From NCBI GenBank assembly GCA_040755035.1, contig JBFMBU010000313.1, positions 3,763 to 67,762 of the forward strand: 64,000 nt of DNA. Direction: 5' to 3'. Position numbers and translations under genes: made by a program. The notes beneath the pieces are model-generated. The model saw only the letters and a program-made list of their open reading frames with translations. It had not been told where the DNA came from and made no database searches. Every line of letters begins with the position of its first letter. Position 1 is the first letter of the stretch. Below, one piece after another: positions 39,409 through 48,916 of this stretch. The stretch is from Thermodesulfobacteriota bacterium (GTDB lineage Bacteria; Desulfobacterota; RBG-13-43-22).

Positions 39409-39452
39409 GCCGAGGAGACCTCTTGACCCAGGAAAGAGAAAAGGACGATACC

Positions 39453-40319
39453 ATGGAAAGAAAAAAAGTTACCATCGTAGACCTGCTGACCAAAAAAAAG
39501 GAAAGAAATAAAATAACCATGTTAACCGCCTATGACTTCGCCCTGGCTTCCTTTATCGACCAATCGGGAATTGATATGATCCTGGTGGGCGATTCCTTGG
39601 GGATGGTGGTCCTGGGATACGATTCCACGGTTCCGGTGACCATGGAGGAGATGATCCATCATTGCCGTGCTGTCCGCCGGGGGGTGCGCTATGCCTTTTT
39701 GGTGGGGGATATGCCCTTCATGTCCTACAATGTCAACAGGGAAGAGGCCATCAGAAACGCCGGAAGATTGATTAAAGAGGCCGGTTGTGATGCCGTCAAA
39801 CTGGAAGGGGGGATGGAGGTGGCCGAAACCGTTCGCTCTATCACCCTGGCCGGTATTCCTGTGATGGCCCACATCGGATTGACCCCACAGACAGCCGGAC
39901 AATTGGGGGGATTCAAGGTTCAGGGAAAGGAGGTCGAATCGGCAAAAAAGTTGTTGGATTCCGCACTGGCTTTGGAAGCTGCCGGGGCTTTTTCTATAGT
40001 TATGGAATGCATTCCGGACAAGCTGGCCGGTCTGATTTCACGTGCTTTAAAAATTCCCACCATTGGAATAGGGGCCGGTCCGGACTGCGACGGCCAGGTG
40101 CTTGTCAGCAATGATCTGTTAGGTTTGTTTGAGAGGTTTACTCCTAAATTTGTAAAACAATACATAAAGTTATTTACTATAATTAAGGAAACGGTTAAAG
40201 AATACAAAAAGGAAGTGGAATCCGGAAATTTTCCCGGTCCGGAACACAGTTTTCTCATGGATCCCAAGGTCTTCGAGCAAATGGGCCTAATGAAAAAGGG
40301 CAGAAAGAGGAAAGGATAA
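39453..40319 (+). CDS. panB: 3-methyl-2-oxobutanoate hydroxymethyltransferase
   Basis: ITMLTAYD, MILVGDSLGMVVLG and HIGLTPQ motifs. An alternative TTG start at 39423 with a GAGGAG RBS is possible. Confidence 0.85.
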   Translation: MERKKVTIVDLLTKKKERNKITMLTAYDFALASFIDQSGIDMILVGDSLGMVVLGYDSTVPVTMEEMIHHCRAVRRGVRYAFLVGDMPFMSYNVNREEAIRNAGRLIKEAGCDAVKLEGGMEVAETVRSITLAGIPVMAHIGLTPQTAGQLGGFKVQGKEVESAKKLLDSALALEAAGAFSIVMECIPDKLAGLISRALKIPTIGIGAGPDCDGQVLVSNDLLGLFERFTPKFVKQYIKLFTIIKETVKEYKKEVESGNFPGPEHSFLMDPKVFEQMGLMKKGRKRKG

Positions 40320-40323
40320 AGCC

Positions 40324-41274
40324 ATGAAAATCGGAGTTGTCGGGCCGGGGGCCATGGGCTGCCTCCTGGCCGGAAAATTGGCCCTGGCCGGCAATGAGGT
40401 CGTCCTCCTGGACCACTATCCGGAACGGGTCCGAGTTTTAAATCGGTTAGGGGTGAGGATAGAGTCCGATAATCAGGTTGTAAAAGTAAAAATTCCCGTC
40501 ACCCTTGATGCTGAAGTTTTATCGTCGTCCGAGGTGATCCTGATCTGCGTCAAGGCTTACGATACTCTAACGGTAGCCCGGACCCTCCAAGGCCTTGCTA
40601 AAGGGCCCTATTTTTTAACCCTCCAAAACGGGGTGGGAAATATAGAGACCCTGGGAAAATATCTTCCCAAAAAAAAGATCCTGGGCGGTATTACCTCCCA
40701 TGGGGCCACAGATTTGGGTTCTGGAAGGGTACGCCATGCCGGCCGGGGAGAAACCTTTATCGGTTTCGGGTTCGATAAGGGGAAAAGAGAACCAAGAGTG
40801 GACCAGATCAGGGACCAAATTCTGGAAAGATTATCCCAGGCCGGGTTCTCGACCCGGTGGGTGCCGGACATTGAGAATCTCATTTGGAGTAAGCTATTGA
40901 TAAACATTGGAATTAACGCCTTGACCGCCCTGACTCGGCTCCCTAACGGTAAGCTGGTCGAATTTAACGGGGTCAAAGAGATCTTGGAAGAAGCCGTCAG
41001 AGAAGGGATGGAAATCGGTCTGAAAAAAGGCATACAATTTATCCAAGCCGACCCTGTGGCCCAGGTGAAGAAAGTCTGCCGGCTGACGGCCACGAACGTC
41101 TCTTCCATGCTCCAAGACATCCTCAAAAAAAGCAGGACAGAGATTGATTTTATTAACGGCGTTATCGTGCGGGAAGGACGTCGTTATGGAACGCCGGTGC
41201 CGGTCAACAGCCTGCTGACACGTCTGGTAAAAACCATTGAACAATCCTATGCTCAGACGGTAGCTGCCTGTTGA
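40324..41274 (+). CDS. panE: 2-dehydropantoate 2-reductase (ketopantoate reductase)
   Basis: MKIGVVGPGAMG Rossmann N-terminus and the ApbA C-terminal domain. Confidence 0.8.
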   Translation: MKIGVVGPGAMGCLLAGKLALAGNEVVLLDHYPERVRVLNRLGVRIESDNQVVKVKIPVTLDAEVLSSSEVILICVKAYDTLTVARTLQGLAKGPYFLTLQNGVGNIETLGKYLPKKKILGGITSHGATDLGSGRVRHAGRGETFIGFGFDKGKREPRVDQIRDQILERLSQAGFSTRWVPDIENLIWSKLLINIGINALTALTRLPNGKLVEFNGVKEILEEAVREGMEIGLKKGIQFIQADPVAQVKKVCRLTATNVSSMLQDILKKSRTEIDFINGVIVREGRRYGTPVPVNSLLTRLVKTIEQSYAQTVAAC

Positions 41275-41706
41275 CGGAGGGAAAACGGATTGGGGATAAA
41301 GGAAGATGGCGACCATCCTCCCTCATTCCCCCAATCCCGCTTTTTCCTGGATTATGATTGCGGTGCCGGTGAAGCGGCAACGGCTGTCTTGGCGGCTATT
41401 TTTTTCCTTTTTTGACGGCGATGCCGTCTCCGTTCGATTTCTCTAACCCTTTCAATCTTTTTGTGCTTTGCCAATGGATCACCCCCCTAAAAAATATTTT
41501 TCTTGCCGGAGAACGGGATAGGTCCCGGTTTTACCTTCCATCTATTATGGTAAGATATTTTGATCCTGTCAAGAAGGTTATCCCCTCTGATTTTTCTTCA
41601 AGATACCCGCGGTTTTGAAAAGGAGAAGGTTTGAAAAGAGGCCTTTTCTTGCGTCCTCCGATGTTAGTTTAAAGAAATAGATTCTGTAGTGATTTTCCCT
41701 CAATAT

Positions 41707-41742
41707 TGTGCACTTTCACATTTTTTTGTGCAAAAAAATGAA
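41707..41742. promoter_or_regulatory. Palindromic operator-like motifs: TGTGCACTTTCACA followed by T7-GTGC-A7
   Basis: Inverted repeats in the AT-rich island, ~90 bp upstream of the sigma-54 promoter. Confidence 0.4.
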
Positions 41743-41806
41743 GGGGACTAAAGCAATAAAAAACATAACCAATTGAAATTTAATATAATATTTTTTAAGC
41801 GTTAAT

Positions 41807-41826
41807 TGGCATTTTTTTTGCAAAAA
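41807..41826 (+). promoter_or_regulatory. Sigma-54 (RpoN) promoter candidate TGGCAT-N5-TTGCA, overlapped by the perfect palindrome TTTTTTGCAAAAAA
   Basis: GG and GC are separated by exactly 10 nt. It matches TGGCAC-N5-TTGCW at 11 of 12 positions. A small ORF with a strong RBS lies ~60 nt downstream. Confidence 0.55.
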
Positions 41827-41889
41827 ATTATTTTTATTACATGAGGATCCCAAAATAAGGGAGGGTTTTGGGGGAAAAGGAGATGGATA

Positions 41890-42132
41890 ATGAGGTTGCA
41901 GACCGAGTCATTAGTTGACCAGTTTTATTACTCGAACCAGGATAAAATGATTTCCTGTCCCTTTCAACCCGGAAACCTAAAAATTTCTAAAAAGGCCTGT
42001 CTGAAACGGTACAAAGCGGCCCAGCGTAGAAAGATGGAAGTCTTCCGGGTGGAAGATCTTTTTAACTATTTCATATCGCAGGGATTGTCTCGCTGCCAAA
42101 AATGTCCGATCATTGAAACTTCAGGGGCTTGA
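41890..42132 (+). CDS. Small hypothetical protein (80 aa, 4 Cys: C23, C37, C70, C73) downstream of the sigma-54 promoter
   Basis: AGGAG RBS 7 nt upstream of the ATG. No recognizable family. Confidence 0.3.
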   Translation: MRLQTESLVDQFYYSNQDKMISCPFQPGNLKISKKACLKRYKAAQRRKMEVFRVEDLFNYFISQGLSRCQKCPIIETSGA

Positions 42133-42324
42133 AGGGATTTTATTGTTCTAATTCGGTCCCTGTTGTCAGAGCAGTGGAGGTTCCGTTGCGGTTTTTTCAA
42201 AAATCGGGAGATGCCGATTTTGGAAGGCTGCCTGCCTATAGAATTCTATTCGTAAGTTACTGAGGGAAAACCCTGTCGGCGTCCTTCCTCCCGGTGAAAA
42301 CGGATAATCAATAAAGAAGGATAA

Positions 42325-42582
42325 ATGCTTCCAATTTTAATTTTATATATTGATAAAGAGTATAGCATCACCTATTGGATCATCGGGGGAGAAATGAAAA
42401 TCGTCTCCCCCTTAACCCTCTCCCAGGCCATTCAACTTTTAAAGAACGTCCAATTCGATCTGATTGTTTCCGACCCGTTACATATCGCCATCCTAAGGAC
42501 GGAGGATCCCGGAAGCAGGAAAAGTGAGAATTCCCCTATTTGGTTGGCGGCAGAATCCTTATCCCAACCTCCTTTACCTTGA
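42325..42582 (+). CDS. Hypothetical 85-aa ORF. It may be a fragment resembling a receiver-domain segment (DLIVSDP).
   Basis: ORF only, in an AT-rich region. Confidence 0.15.
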   Translation: MLPILILYIDKEYSITYWIIGGEMKIVSPLTLSQAIQLLKNVQFDLIVSDPLHIAILRTEDPGSRKSENSPIWLAAESLSQPPLP

Positions 42583-42614
42583 AGAAATCCATCCGGAGCA
42601 AAGACCAAGATGAT

Positions 42615-42669
42615 CAGTACAGAATCAGTACAGAATCAGTACAAAATCAGTACAAAATCAGGACAGAAT
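42615..42669. repeat. 11-bp tandem array, 5 units (CAGTACAGAAT x2, CAGTACAAAAT x2, CAGGACAGAAT), directly 3' of the aconitase-family gene
   Basis: Direct reading. Confidence 0.85.
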
Positions 42670-44618
42670 CAACCCCGTGCCTTTTGATTTCTCTTAAGGT
42701 AAGACAGTAGACCACCGGCCAGGAAAATTTCCATTTTTTCCGTGGGGACCAAGGCTTTTAAAAGGAAATTTTTCTTTTGGGTCAGGTTAAAGGCCTGGAT
42801 CTCTTTTCCCTGTTTGAGGGCTTTCAAGACCTGATGAAACTCCAACCAATCGTCTTGCTGCAGGGATAAATAATCCTTCGGTTCTAAAAAAACCAGAGGA
42901 AGGATCCCGTAATTGATCAGATTACTTAGATGGATTCTGGCAAAAGACTTGGCTACCACAGCACGGATGCCTAAAAACATAGGGGCCAGGACCGCATGTT
43001 CTCTTGAAGAACCCTGTCCATAATTTTCACCTCCGATAATGACGCCCCCCTGGGCCTGAGCGGCCCTTTCGGTAAAAGTTGGGTCCAGACGGGAGAAGGT
43101 AAAACGGGAGATGGCCGGGATGTTTGATCGAAACGGCAGAACCTCGGATCCTCCAGGCAGGATGTCGTCGGTAGAGATGTGGTCACCGGTTTTAATCAAG
43201 ACCCGGGCCTGGAAGGAAGCCGATAAAGGTTTACTAAGCGGGAGGGGCTTGATATTCGGCCCGCGGACAATTTTTATCCCTTGCGGATTGGGGGTGGGGG
43301 GGTGAAGCAGAGAGGCGGACTGGCTTCGGGGAGGGAGATTGGAAACCTTTGGCAGGGAAATTTTTTCCTTAAAAGGGTCGACCACTTCTCCCTTGAGGGC
43401 GATTAAAGCGGCGGTCAGCGGATTACATAAATAAACCCGGGCGGAGAGGGTTCCGCTCCGACCCCTGAAGTTTCGATTATAGGTCCTGAAGGAAATTCCA
43501 TTTTCCGGAGGCGCTCCCCCCATACCAATGCAGGGACCACATGCGGATTCCAGGAGACGGGCGCCGGAAGCCAGGAGTGCCCCGAGATCCCCTTTTTCAG
43601 CCAGGGCCTTCATGACTTCTCTGGAACCGGGATTGATTAAAAGGCTTAGGCCGGGGTGGATGGGTTTCCCGGCCAGGAGGGTGGCTACGGACTTCAGAGA
43701 AGCATAGGAGGAATTGGAACAACTTCCGATACAGACCTGGTGGACCTTCAATCCGATAATCTTTTTCAGTGGTACAATATTATCCGGGCTGAAAGGACAG
43801 GCGACCAACGGTTCCAGTTGATCGAGATTTATTTCTAAATGATCCTCATAGACCGCTTCCGGGTCAGGAGACAGCTTTATCCAATCTCTCGCCCGTCCTT
43901 GGGTCTCTAAAAAGGACCGGGTTATTTCATCGCTGGGGAACAGGGAGGTCGTGGCCCCCAGTTCAGCCCCCAGGTTACAAATAGTAGCCCTTTCGGTGGC
44001 CGAAAGGGTCTTAAGGGCCGGGCCTTGAAACTCATGTACCCATCCCACTCCTCCACGAACCGTCAGGCGACGGAGCAGTTCCAAAGCCACGTCCATGGCC
44101 GTAACCCAGGGTCTCTTCAGATGGCCGATAAGCCGAATACGCCTTACCTTGGGTCGAACAAGAAAATAGGGGTAACCGGCCATAGCCGCGGCGATGTCCA
44201 ATCCCCCGCAGCCCATAGCCAGCATGCCCAGACCGCCGGCGGTAGGGGTATGGCTGTCCGATCCCAATAGGACTTGACCTGGTCTGGCAAACCGTTCCAG
44301 ATGTACCTGATGGCAGATGCCGTTTCCGGCCGGGGAGAAGTAGGCCCCAAAGCGGGCGGCCGAGCTTTGCAGATAGAGATGATCATCCGGATTGCGGGAA
44401 TCCGCCTGAAGCGTGTTGTGGTCTACATAGGAAACCGCCAGGGGGACCTGTATGCGTTTTTTTTTGATGGCTTCAAACTGCAGATAGACCATGGTCCCGG
44501 TGGCGTCCTGAGTCAAGACCTGGTCTATTTTTAGGGGAATGGTTTCCCCGTTTGTTTTCTGGCCTCTGCTCACATGGTGATTGACAATTTTTTGAAAAAG
44601 CGTCTCCTGCATAACCAC
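42669..44618 (-). CDS. Aconitase-family hydro-lyase with fused large (LeuC-like) and swivel (LeuD-like) domains
   Basis: GSDSHT, the Cys ligand region GSCSNSS (one of the conserved Fe-S cluster ligands), and a C-terminal swivel domain. 649 aa. Confidence 0.7.
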   Translation of the reverse strand: MVMQETLFQKIVNHHVSRGQKTNGETIPLKIDQVLTQDATGTMVYLQFEAIKKKRIQVPLAVSYVDHNTLQADSRNPDDHLYLQSSAARFGAYFSPAGNGICHQVHLERFARPGQVLLGSDSHTPTAGGLGMLAMGCGGLDIAAAMAGYPYFLVRPKVRRIRLIGHLKRPWVTAMDVALELLRRLTVRGGVGWVHEFQGPALKTLSATERATICNLGAELGATTSLFPSDEITRSFLETQGRARDWIKLSPDPEAVYEDHLEINLDQLEPLVACPFSPDNIVPLKKIIGLKVHQVCIGSCSNSSYASLKSVATLLAGKPIHPGLSLLINPGSREVMKALAEKGDLGALLASGARLLESACGPCIGMGGAPPENGISFRTYNRNFRGRSGTLSARVYLCNPLTAALIALKGEVVDPFKEKISLPKVSNLPPRSQSASLLHPPTPNPQGIKIVRGPNIKPLPLSKPLSASFQARVLIKTGDHISTDDILPGGSEVLPFRSNIPAISRFTFSRLDPTFTERAAQAQGGVIIGGENYGQGSSREHAVLAPMFLGIRAVVAKSFARIHLSNLINYGILPLVFLEPKDYLSLQQDDWLEFHQVLKALKQGKEIQAFNLTQKKNFLLKALVPTEKMEIFLAGGLLSYLKRNQKARG

Positions 44619-44631
44619 TCCTCATTACGTA

Positions 44632-46440
44632 TTAGATGTCTGACTCATTCTCTAAGGGGAGCACCACGGTCATGGTCGTACCCCGGGGGGAGGTCTCGAC
44701 GCGGATATCCCCATTATGGTCCTGTATCAATTTATAAGAAACGGCCAATCCCAGACCGGTACCTTTCTTCTTGTTGGTGATAAAAGGACGGAAGAGATTT
44801 TCTTTAATCTCCGGTTCTATTCCTGGGCCGGTGTCGGTGATGCGGATCAGGACCGAATCCTGATCCCGTTCGGTAGCCAGGGTCAGTGATCCTCCTTCAG
44901 GCATGGCTTCAACGGCATTCTTTGTCAGGTTCAACAGAACCTGCTTGATCTGCTCCGGATCAAAATTAAACTCAGGCAGGGAGGGGGCCAGTTCGGTTTT
45001 AACCTCTATGTGCTGTTCGGTGAATAAAGGATTGAAAAGATGGACCTGGTCCCGCACCATATCATTGATCTGGGCCTTTGATTTTTTCGGAATGGTCGGG
45101 CGGGTGAAATCACGGACATCGATCAAAATTTTTTCCAGCCGGGCGATTTCCGAGGTAATAATTTCGAGCTTGGCCTTTTCTTTCTCCCCCAGTTGGGGTG
45201 AGCGCTTGAGTTGTCCGGCGAGTCCACCGATGGCCATCAGGGGATTTTTTATCTCGTGGGAAACATGACCGGCCATGGAACCTACAGCGGCCAGCCGTTC
45301 GGAGTGAACCAGTTTTTCCTGGGAGCGACGCAGTTCTTCCGTTTTATTATCTACTTCGATTTTGAGGTATCGGGACCAGCGGTTGGAGATAAAAACAAAG
45401 AGGCCGGTGCTGAAAATGACGATCAATTGAAAGATAACGATTAAAAAGGCCTGATCCATAATAAGGCTGCGGACCAGTCCGGAGACCTCTTTCACCGGGG
45501 CGACCACGGCTACAGACCAAAACTCCGCAGCCGGCCCCAGCCTTTTTTGCCCTTTCCGGTCAGGTGTTTCATAAAAAGGGATGGGGGTGTAGGCTACCAG
45601 TTTATCGGTAACTTTGATTAATTCCCGGTGCCACCCGGTCACATAAGTGGAAGTGCCCTCTTTTTTCTTTAACAGCTCATTGCGGGTCAGATCGTCAATT
45701 TTTTTATAGGAAATCCTGGGATTCTTCAGACCGCGGACGACAAAGATGTTTCGGCCGACAAATTCAGGATCGAAATGATCCATAAATATCCCATTGGAGT
45801 TGATGATCCAAGGGTACCCGGATTTACCGGAGATGACCCCCTCGTCGGCTTTCTTGGCCATATGGATGGCGTCGATTATGAAAACCAAGGCCCCGGCGAT
45901 TTGATCCTGCCTTTTGTTTTCAAAAGGTACGGCCATAGGAAGGACCCATTTGCCTCCCTGGGCCATGGTCCTTCCCACCCATACCCGATGGTCCCCCGAT
46001 TCGGATTCCCTGTAGGGGATCAGTGTCGGGGTGAGGGGCAAGGGAATGGATCCCGCGGTCCATTCCGGGGAACGGACCTGACCGATAACCCGGCCATCCC
46101 GGTCCAAAGCCATAATGGCCAAGAGATCTCCCGGCATCAGGTTTTGAAAGGGAGAAAAGATCCTTTCCGGTTGCAGGACAATATCAAATAGTTCCTTTTC
46201 CCAAATCTGGCGCAGGCCCAGAAGGGTGATCTGTAGATGGGTCATCTGGTTTTGGACGTGATCGGAAATCTTTCGGGCCAGGATGAGCTGTTGTTGGTTG
46301 AATTGGTCGGAAAGCACCTGAGAGATCTGCCGCCAAGTGGAGTAGCCCACGAAAACGATCAAAATCGTCAATAGGACAGCCAGGGTGTATACCAGGGGGA
46401 GGGTTTTTCTTACTAGAAAGGGGATGGGTATCTTTTTCAT
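44632..46440 (-). CDS. Sensor histidine kinase with periplasmic Cache-like domain, HAMP/coiled coil, HisKA and HATPase_c
   Basis: H-box GHVSHEIKNPLMAI and N/G boxes (NLTKNAVEAM, DTGPGI, GTGLGL). The start at 46440 forms an ATGA overlap with the upstream lptF/G-like stop. The track start at 46566 is less likely. Confidence 0.75.
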   Translation of the reverse strand: MKKIPIPFLVRKTLPLVYTLAVLLTILIVFVGYSTWRQISQVLSDQFNQQQLILARKISDHVQNQMTHLQITLLGLRQIWEKELFDIVLQPERIFSPFQNLMPGDLLAIMALDRDGRVIGQVRSPEWTAGSIPLPLTPTLIPYRESESGDHRVWVGRTMAQGGKWVLPMAVPFENKRQDQIAGALVFIIDAIHMAKKADEGVISGKSGYPWIINSNGIFMDHFDPEFVGRNIFVVRGLKNPRISYKKIDDLTRNELLKKKEGTSTYVTGWHRELIKVTDKLVAYTPIPFYETPDRKGQKRLGPAAEFWSVAVVAPVKEVSGLVRSLIMDQAFLIVIFQLIVIFSTGLFVFISNRWSRYLKIEVDNKTEELRRSQEKLVHSERLAAVGSMAGHVSHEIKNPLMAIGGLAGQLKRSPQLGEKEKAKLEIITSEIARLEKILIDVRDFTRPTIPKKSKAQINDMVRDQVHLFNPLFTEQHIEVKTELAPSLPEFNFDPEQIKQVLLNLTKNAVEAMPEGGSLTLATERDQDSVLIRITDTGPGIEPEIKENLFRPFITNKKKGTGLGLAVSYKLIQDHNGDIRVETSPRGTTMTVVLPLENESDI

Positions 46441-47516
46441 TGCCGGATATTCAGGAATAAATAACCGCCGACCAAAAGAAAAAGCAGGTTGGAAGCCCAG
46501 GCGGCCCAGAGGGGGGGAAAGGTCCCGGAAAGACCCAGGGAACGGGAAAAGCCGAAAAAGATCCAATAGAGAAAGGCCAGGAACAAACTGCCGACGATCC
46601 CTTGGGCGACCCCGATGCCTTTTTCCTTACGCAAGGCCAGGGCGATACCGAAGAGGGCCATGATTATGCAGACAAAAGGAAAAGACAAACGGATATGTTT
46701 TTCCACAATATAAGGGGTGGCGTCATATCCCTCCCCTTGAACCTTGCGGATGGTTTTCCGCAGTTCCTGGTAGGTCATTTCCGCCCCGGTTTTTTCCTGA
46801 TAGCGAAAATCCTCAGGCGTTTCAGAAAGGAAAAGGACTTTTTCAAGAAACGGTTCGCTGCCGGAGGTGCCGTCAGGCGAGAAGGTCTGATACAGTCCAT
46901 TTTTAAAGGTCCAACCGCCGTTTTTCCAGACCACGGATGCCGCATCCAGTCGAGATTGTAATTTAAATCCATGGTCGAAAAAATGGAGGGAAACCCCCTC
47001 AGCGGTTTGATCTTTAAAATTAAAACGGCTGAAAGAATAAATAGCCTGATGTCCTTTATACCAGATCTTTTCTTGAAGCAGCACGGCCCGGGGTTCGATT
47101 TTTTTAACCCGGACGTTCCAGATTTCCTGGGCCCGGCCTTGAGCAAAAGGGACCATCACCTCCCCCAGGATCAGGAGAGAGATGGTTGAGGCCATGGCCA
47201 GAAGTAGGATGGGAAAGGAGAGGCGGCCCATATTGATCCCGCTGGATTTGAAGGCGATAAGCTGGTTGTTCTTGGAAAAAAACCCAAACGTGAGCTGGGT
47301 GCCCATTACTATGGCCACCGGGATCAGTTGTTTGATGATAAAGGGTAGGGTATAGGCAAAGTATTGCATCATGACCCTTGTGGACACACCGGCTTCGCTG
47401 AAGTCCTTGAGTTTTCCCATGACATCCAGCAGGAGGAAGAGGAAGATAAATATACCCAGGCAGAGGAGGGTCATTTTCAGGAATTCCCGGGATATATAAT
47501 GACTGATAATTCGCAT
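46437..47516 (-). CDS. LptF/LptG-family lipopolysaccharide export permease
   Basis: MRIISHYISREFLK N-terminus and a YjgP/YjgQ six-TM layout with a periplasmic beta-jellyroll insert. Confidence 0.8.
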   Translation of the reverse strand: MRIISHYISREFLKMTLLCLGIFIFLFLLLDVMGKLKDFSEAGVSTRVMMQYFAYTLPFIIKQLIPVAIVMGTQLTFGFFSKNNQLIAFKSSGINMGRLSFPILLLAMASTISLLILGEVMVPFAQGRAQEIWNVRVKKIEPRAVLLQEKIWYKGHQAIYSFSRFNFKDQTAEGVSLHFFDHGFKLQSRLDAASVVWKNGGWTFKNGLYQTFSPDGTSGSEPFLEKVLFLSETPEDFRYQEKTGAEMTYQELRKTIRKVQGEGYDATPYIVEKHIRLSFPFVCIIMALFGIALALRKEKGIGVAQGIVGSLFLAFLYWIFFGFSRSLGLSGTFPPLWAAWASNLLFLLVGGYLFLNIRQ

Positions 47517-47635
47517 GATTAAATACTAACCAAGGACACCCTTTTTGTAAATAGAAAATACAGATCAAGAAAGGTGTTTGATTTTTTTTCCAACAGTTGA
47601 TACCTTAGGAACAGTAATTTCAGGTAGAGACCCTT

Positions 47636-48679
47636 ATGAACATCAGAGTGCAGATCGAAACCAGAGAAGAGCAGGTCTTATCCCCTCTGGCAGCCTTCAG
47701 TTCCAGAAGCCGCGGCCGGGATATCCCTGAGGAAGAATGTGCCATTCGAACGGCTTTCCAGAGGGATCGGGACCGTATTATCCACTCCAAGGCCTTTCGC
47801 CGTTTGAAACATAAAACCCAGGTATTTCTGGCCCCTACCGGGGATCATTACCGCACCCGTCTGACCCATACCCTGGAGGTTTCTCAAATCGCCCGAACCA
47901 TTTCCCGGGCCCTTGGGTTGAATGAGGATTTGGCTGAAGCCGTGGCCCTGGGACATGATCTGGGACATACCCCGTTCGGACACGCGGGGGAAGAGGTCCT
48001 TAATGATATCGTCCCCGGGGGTTTTAATCATACCCAACAGAGTCTTCGGGTGGTGGAGGTCCTGGAAAAAGGGGGGAAAGGGCTGAACCTGACCCTCGAG
48101 GTGCGGGACGGAATTATTAAACATTCCAAAGGCAGGGGAGAAATTCTTCCCCGCGGCTCGGCTGACAAGGCTTTGACCATGGAAGGGCAGGTAGTAAGGG
48201 TGGCTGATATCATCGCCTATATCTGCCACGATCTGGACGATGCCATTCGCGGGGGGGTCATTTCCGTGGAGGATGTACCTGTTTTTTGCACCCGTATGCT
48301 GGGGGACCGGAGTTCTAAAAGGATTGATACCATGGTGCGAAGCTTAGTCGAATTCAGTCTCAAGGATCCCTCCCAGGGGCTTTCCATGGACGAGGAGGTC
48401 CTGGAAGCCATGGTCACTCTGAGGGCTTTTTTATATGAGCGGGTCTATGATCTGGGTAGGGTCCATGATGATTTTATCAAGGCCCGGAAAGTGATCAGTG
48501 AATTGTTTCAGGTTTTAGTTTCCGTCCCGGACCTTATGGAAACCTATCTGGGACCGAACAGGGATCCGGAGACCTCTGCCGGACAGAGGGCGGCGGATTT
48601 CATCGCCGGAATGACCGACCGCTATGCCCTGAATCTTTATGAAAGGATTTTTTTACCGAAGCCCTGGGCGGTGTTGTAA
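47636..48679 (+). CDS. dGTPase-like HD-domain phosphohydrolase (deoxyguanosinetriphosphate triphosphohydrolase-like protein)
   Basis: RDRDRIIHSKAFRRLKHKTQVF, the HD motif TRLTHTLEVSQIAR and GHDLGHTPFGH. Confidence 0.8.
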   Translation: MNIRVQIETREEQVLSPLAAFSSRSRGRDIPEEECAIRTAFQRDRDRIIHSKAFRRLKHKTQVFLAPTGDHYRTRLTHTLEVSQIARTISRALGLNEDLAEAVALGHDLGHTPFGHAGEEVLNDIVPGGFNHTQQSLRVVEVLEKGGKGLNLTLEVRDGIIKHSKGRGEILPRGSADKALTMEGQVVRVADIIAYICHDLDDAIRGGVISVEDVPVFCTRMLGDRSSKRIDTMVRSLVEFSLKDPSQGLSMDEEVLEAMVTLRAFLYERVYDLGRVHDDFIKARKVISELFQVLVSVPDLMETYLGPNRDPETSAGQRAADFIAGMTDRYALNLYERIFLPKPWAVL

Positions 48680-48916
48680 TTTTTGTTGGGGAAAATTGTC
48701 ATGGGAAAAAGAAGTACTCCCGGCATCCTGTAAAATAGAGATATATTAAAAGGTTAATCTTGACAAAGCCCTTCCGGGATGATAACCTATAATTATCATT
48801 AGGTTTATTTTTCTTGCCCCCTGGCCCTGAGGGGAGGGAATTTTTTCGTCTGACCTTGTGGGGGAAGGGTCTTTTGAAGAAACGCGCCTGCCTGGGGCAA
48901 TAGGAACTTAAAAGCA

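Noticed and set aside
39311-39520. Overlapping 65-69-aa ORFs on both strands upstream of and overlapping panB
   Set aside because: Lys/Arg/Pro-rich shadow frames spanning the terminator hairpin. No RBS or coding signature.
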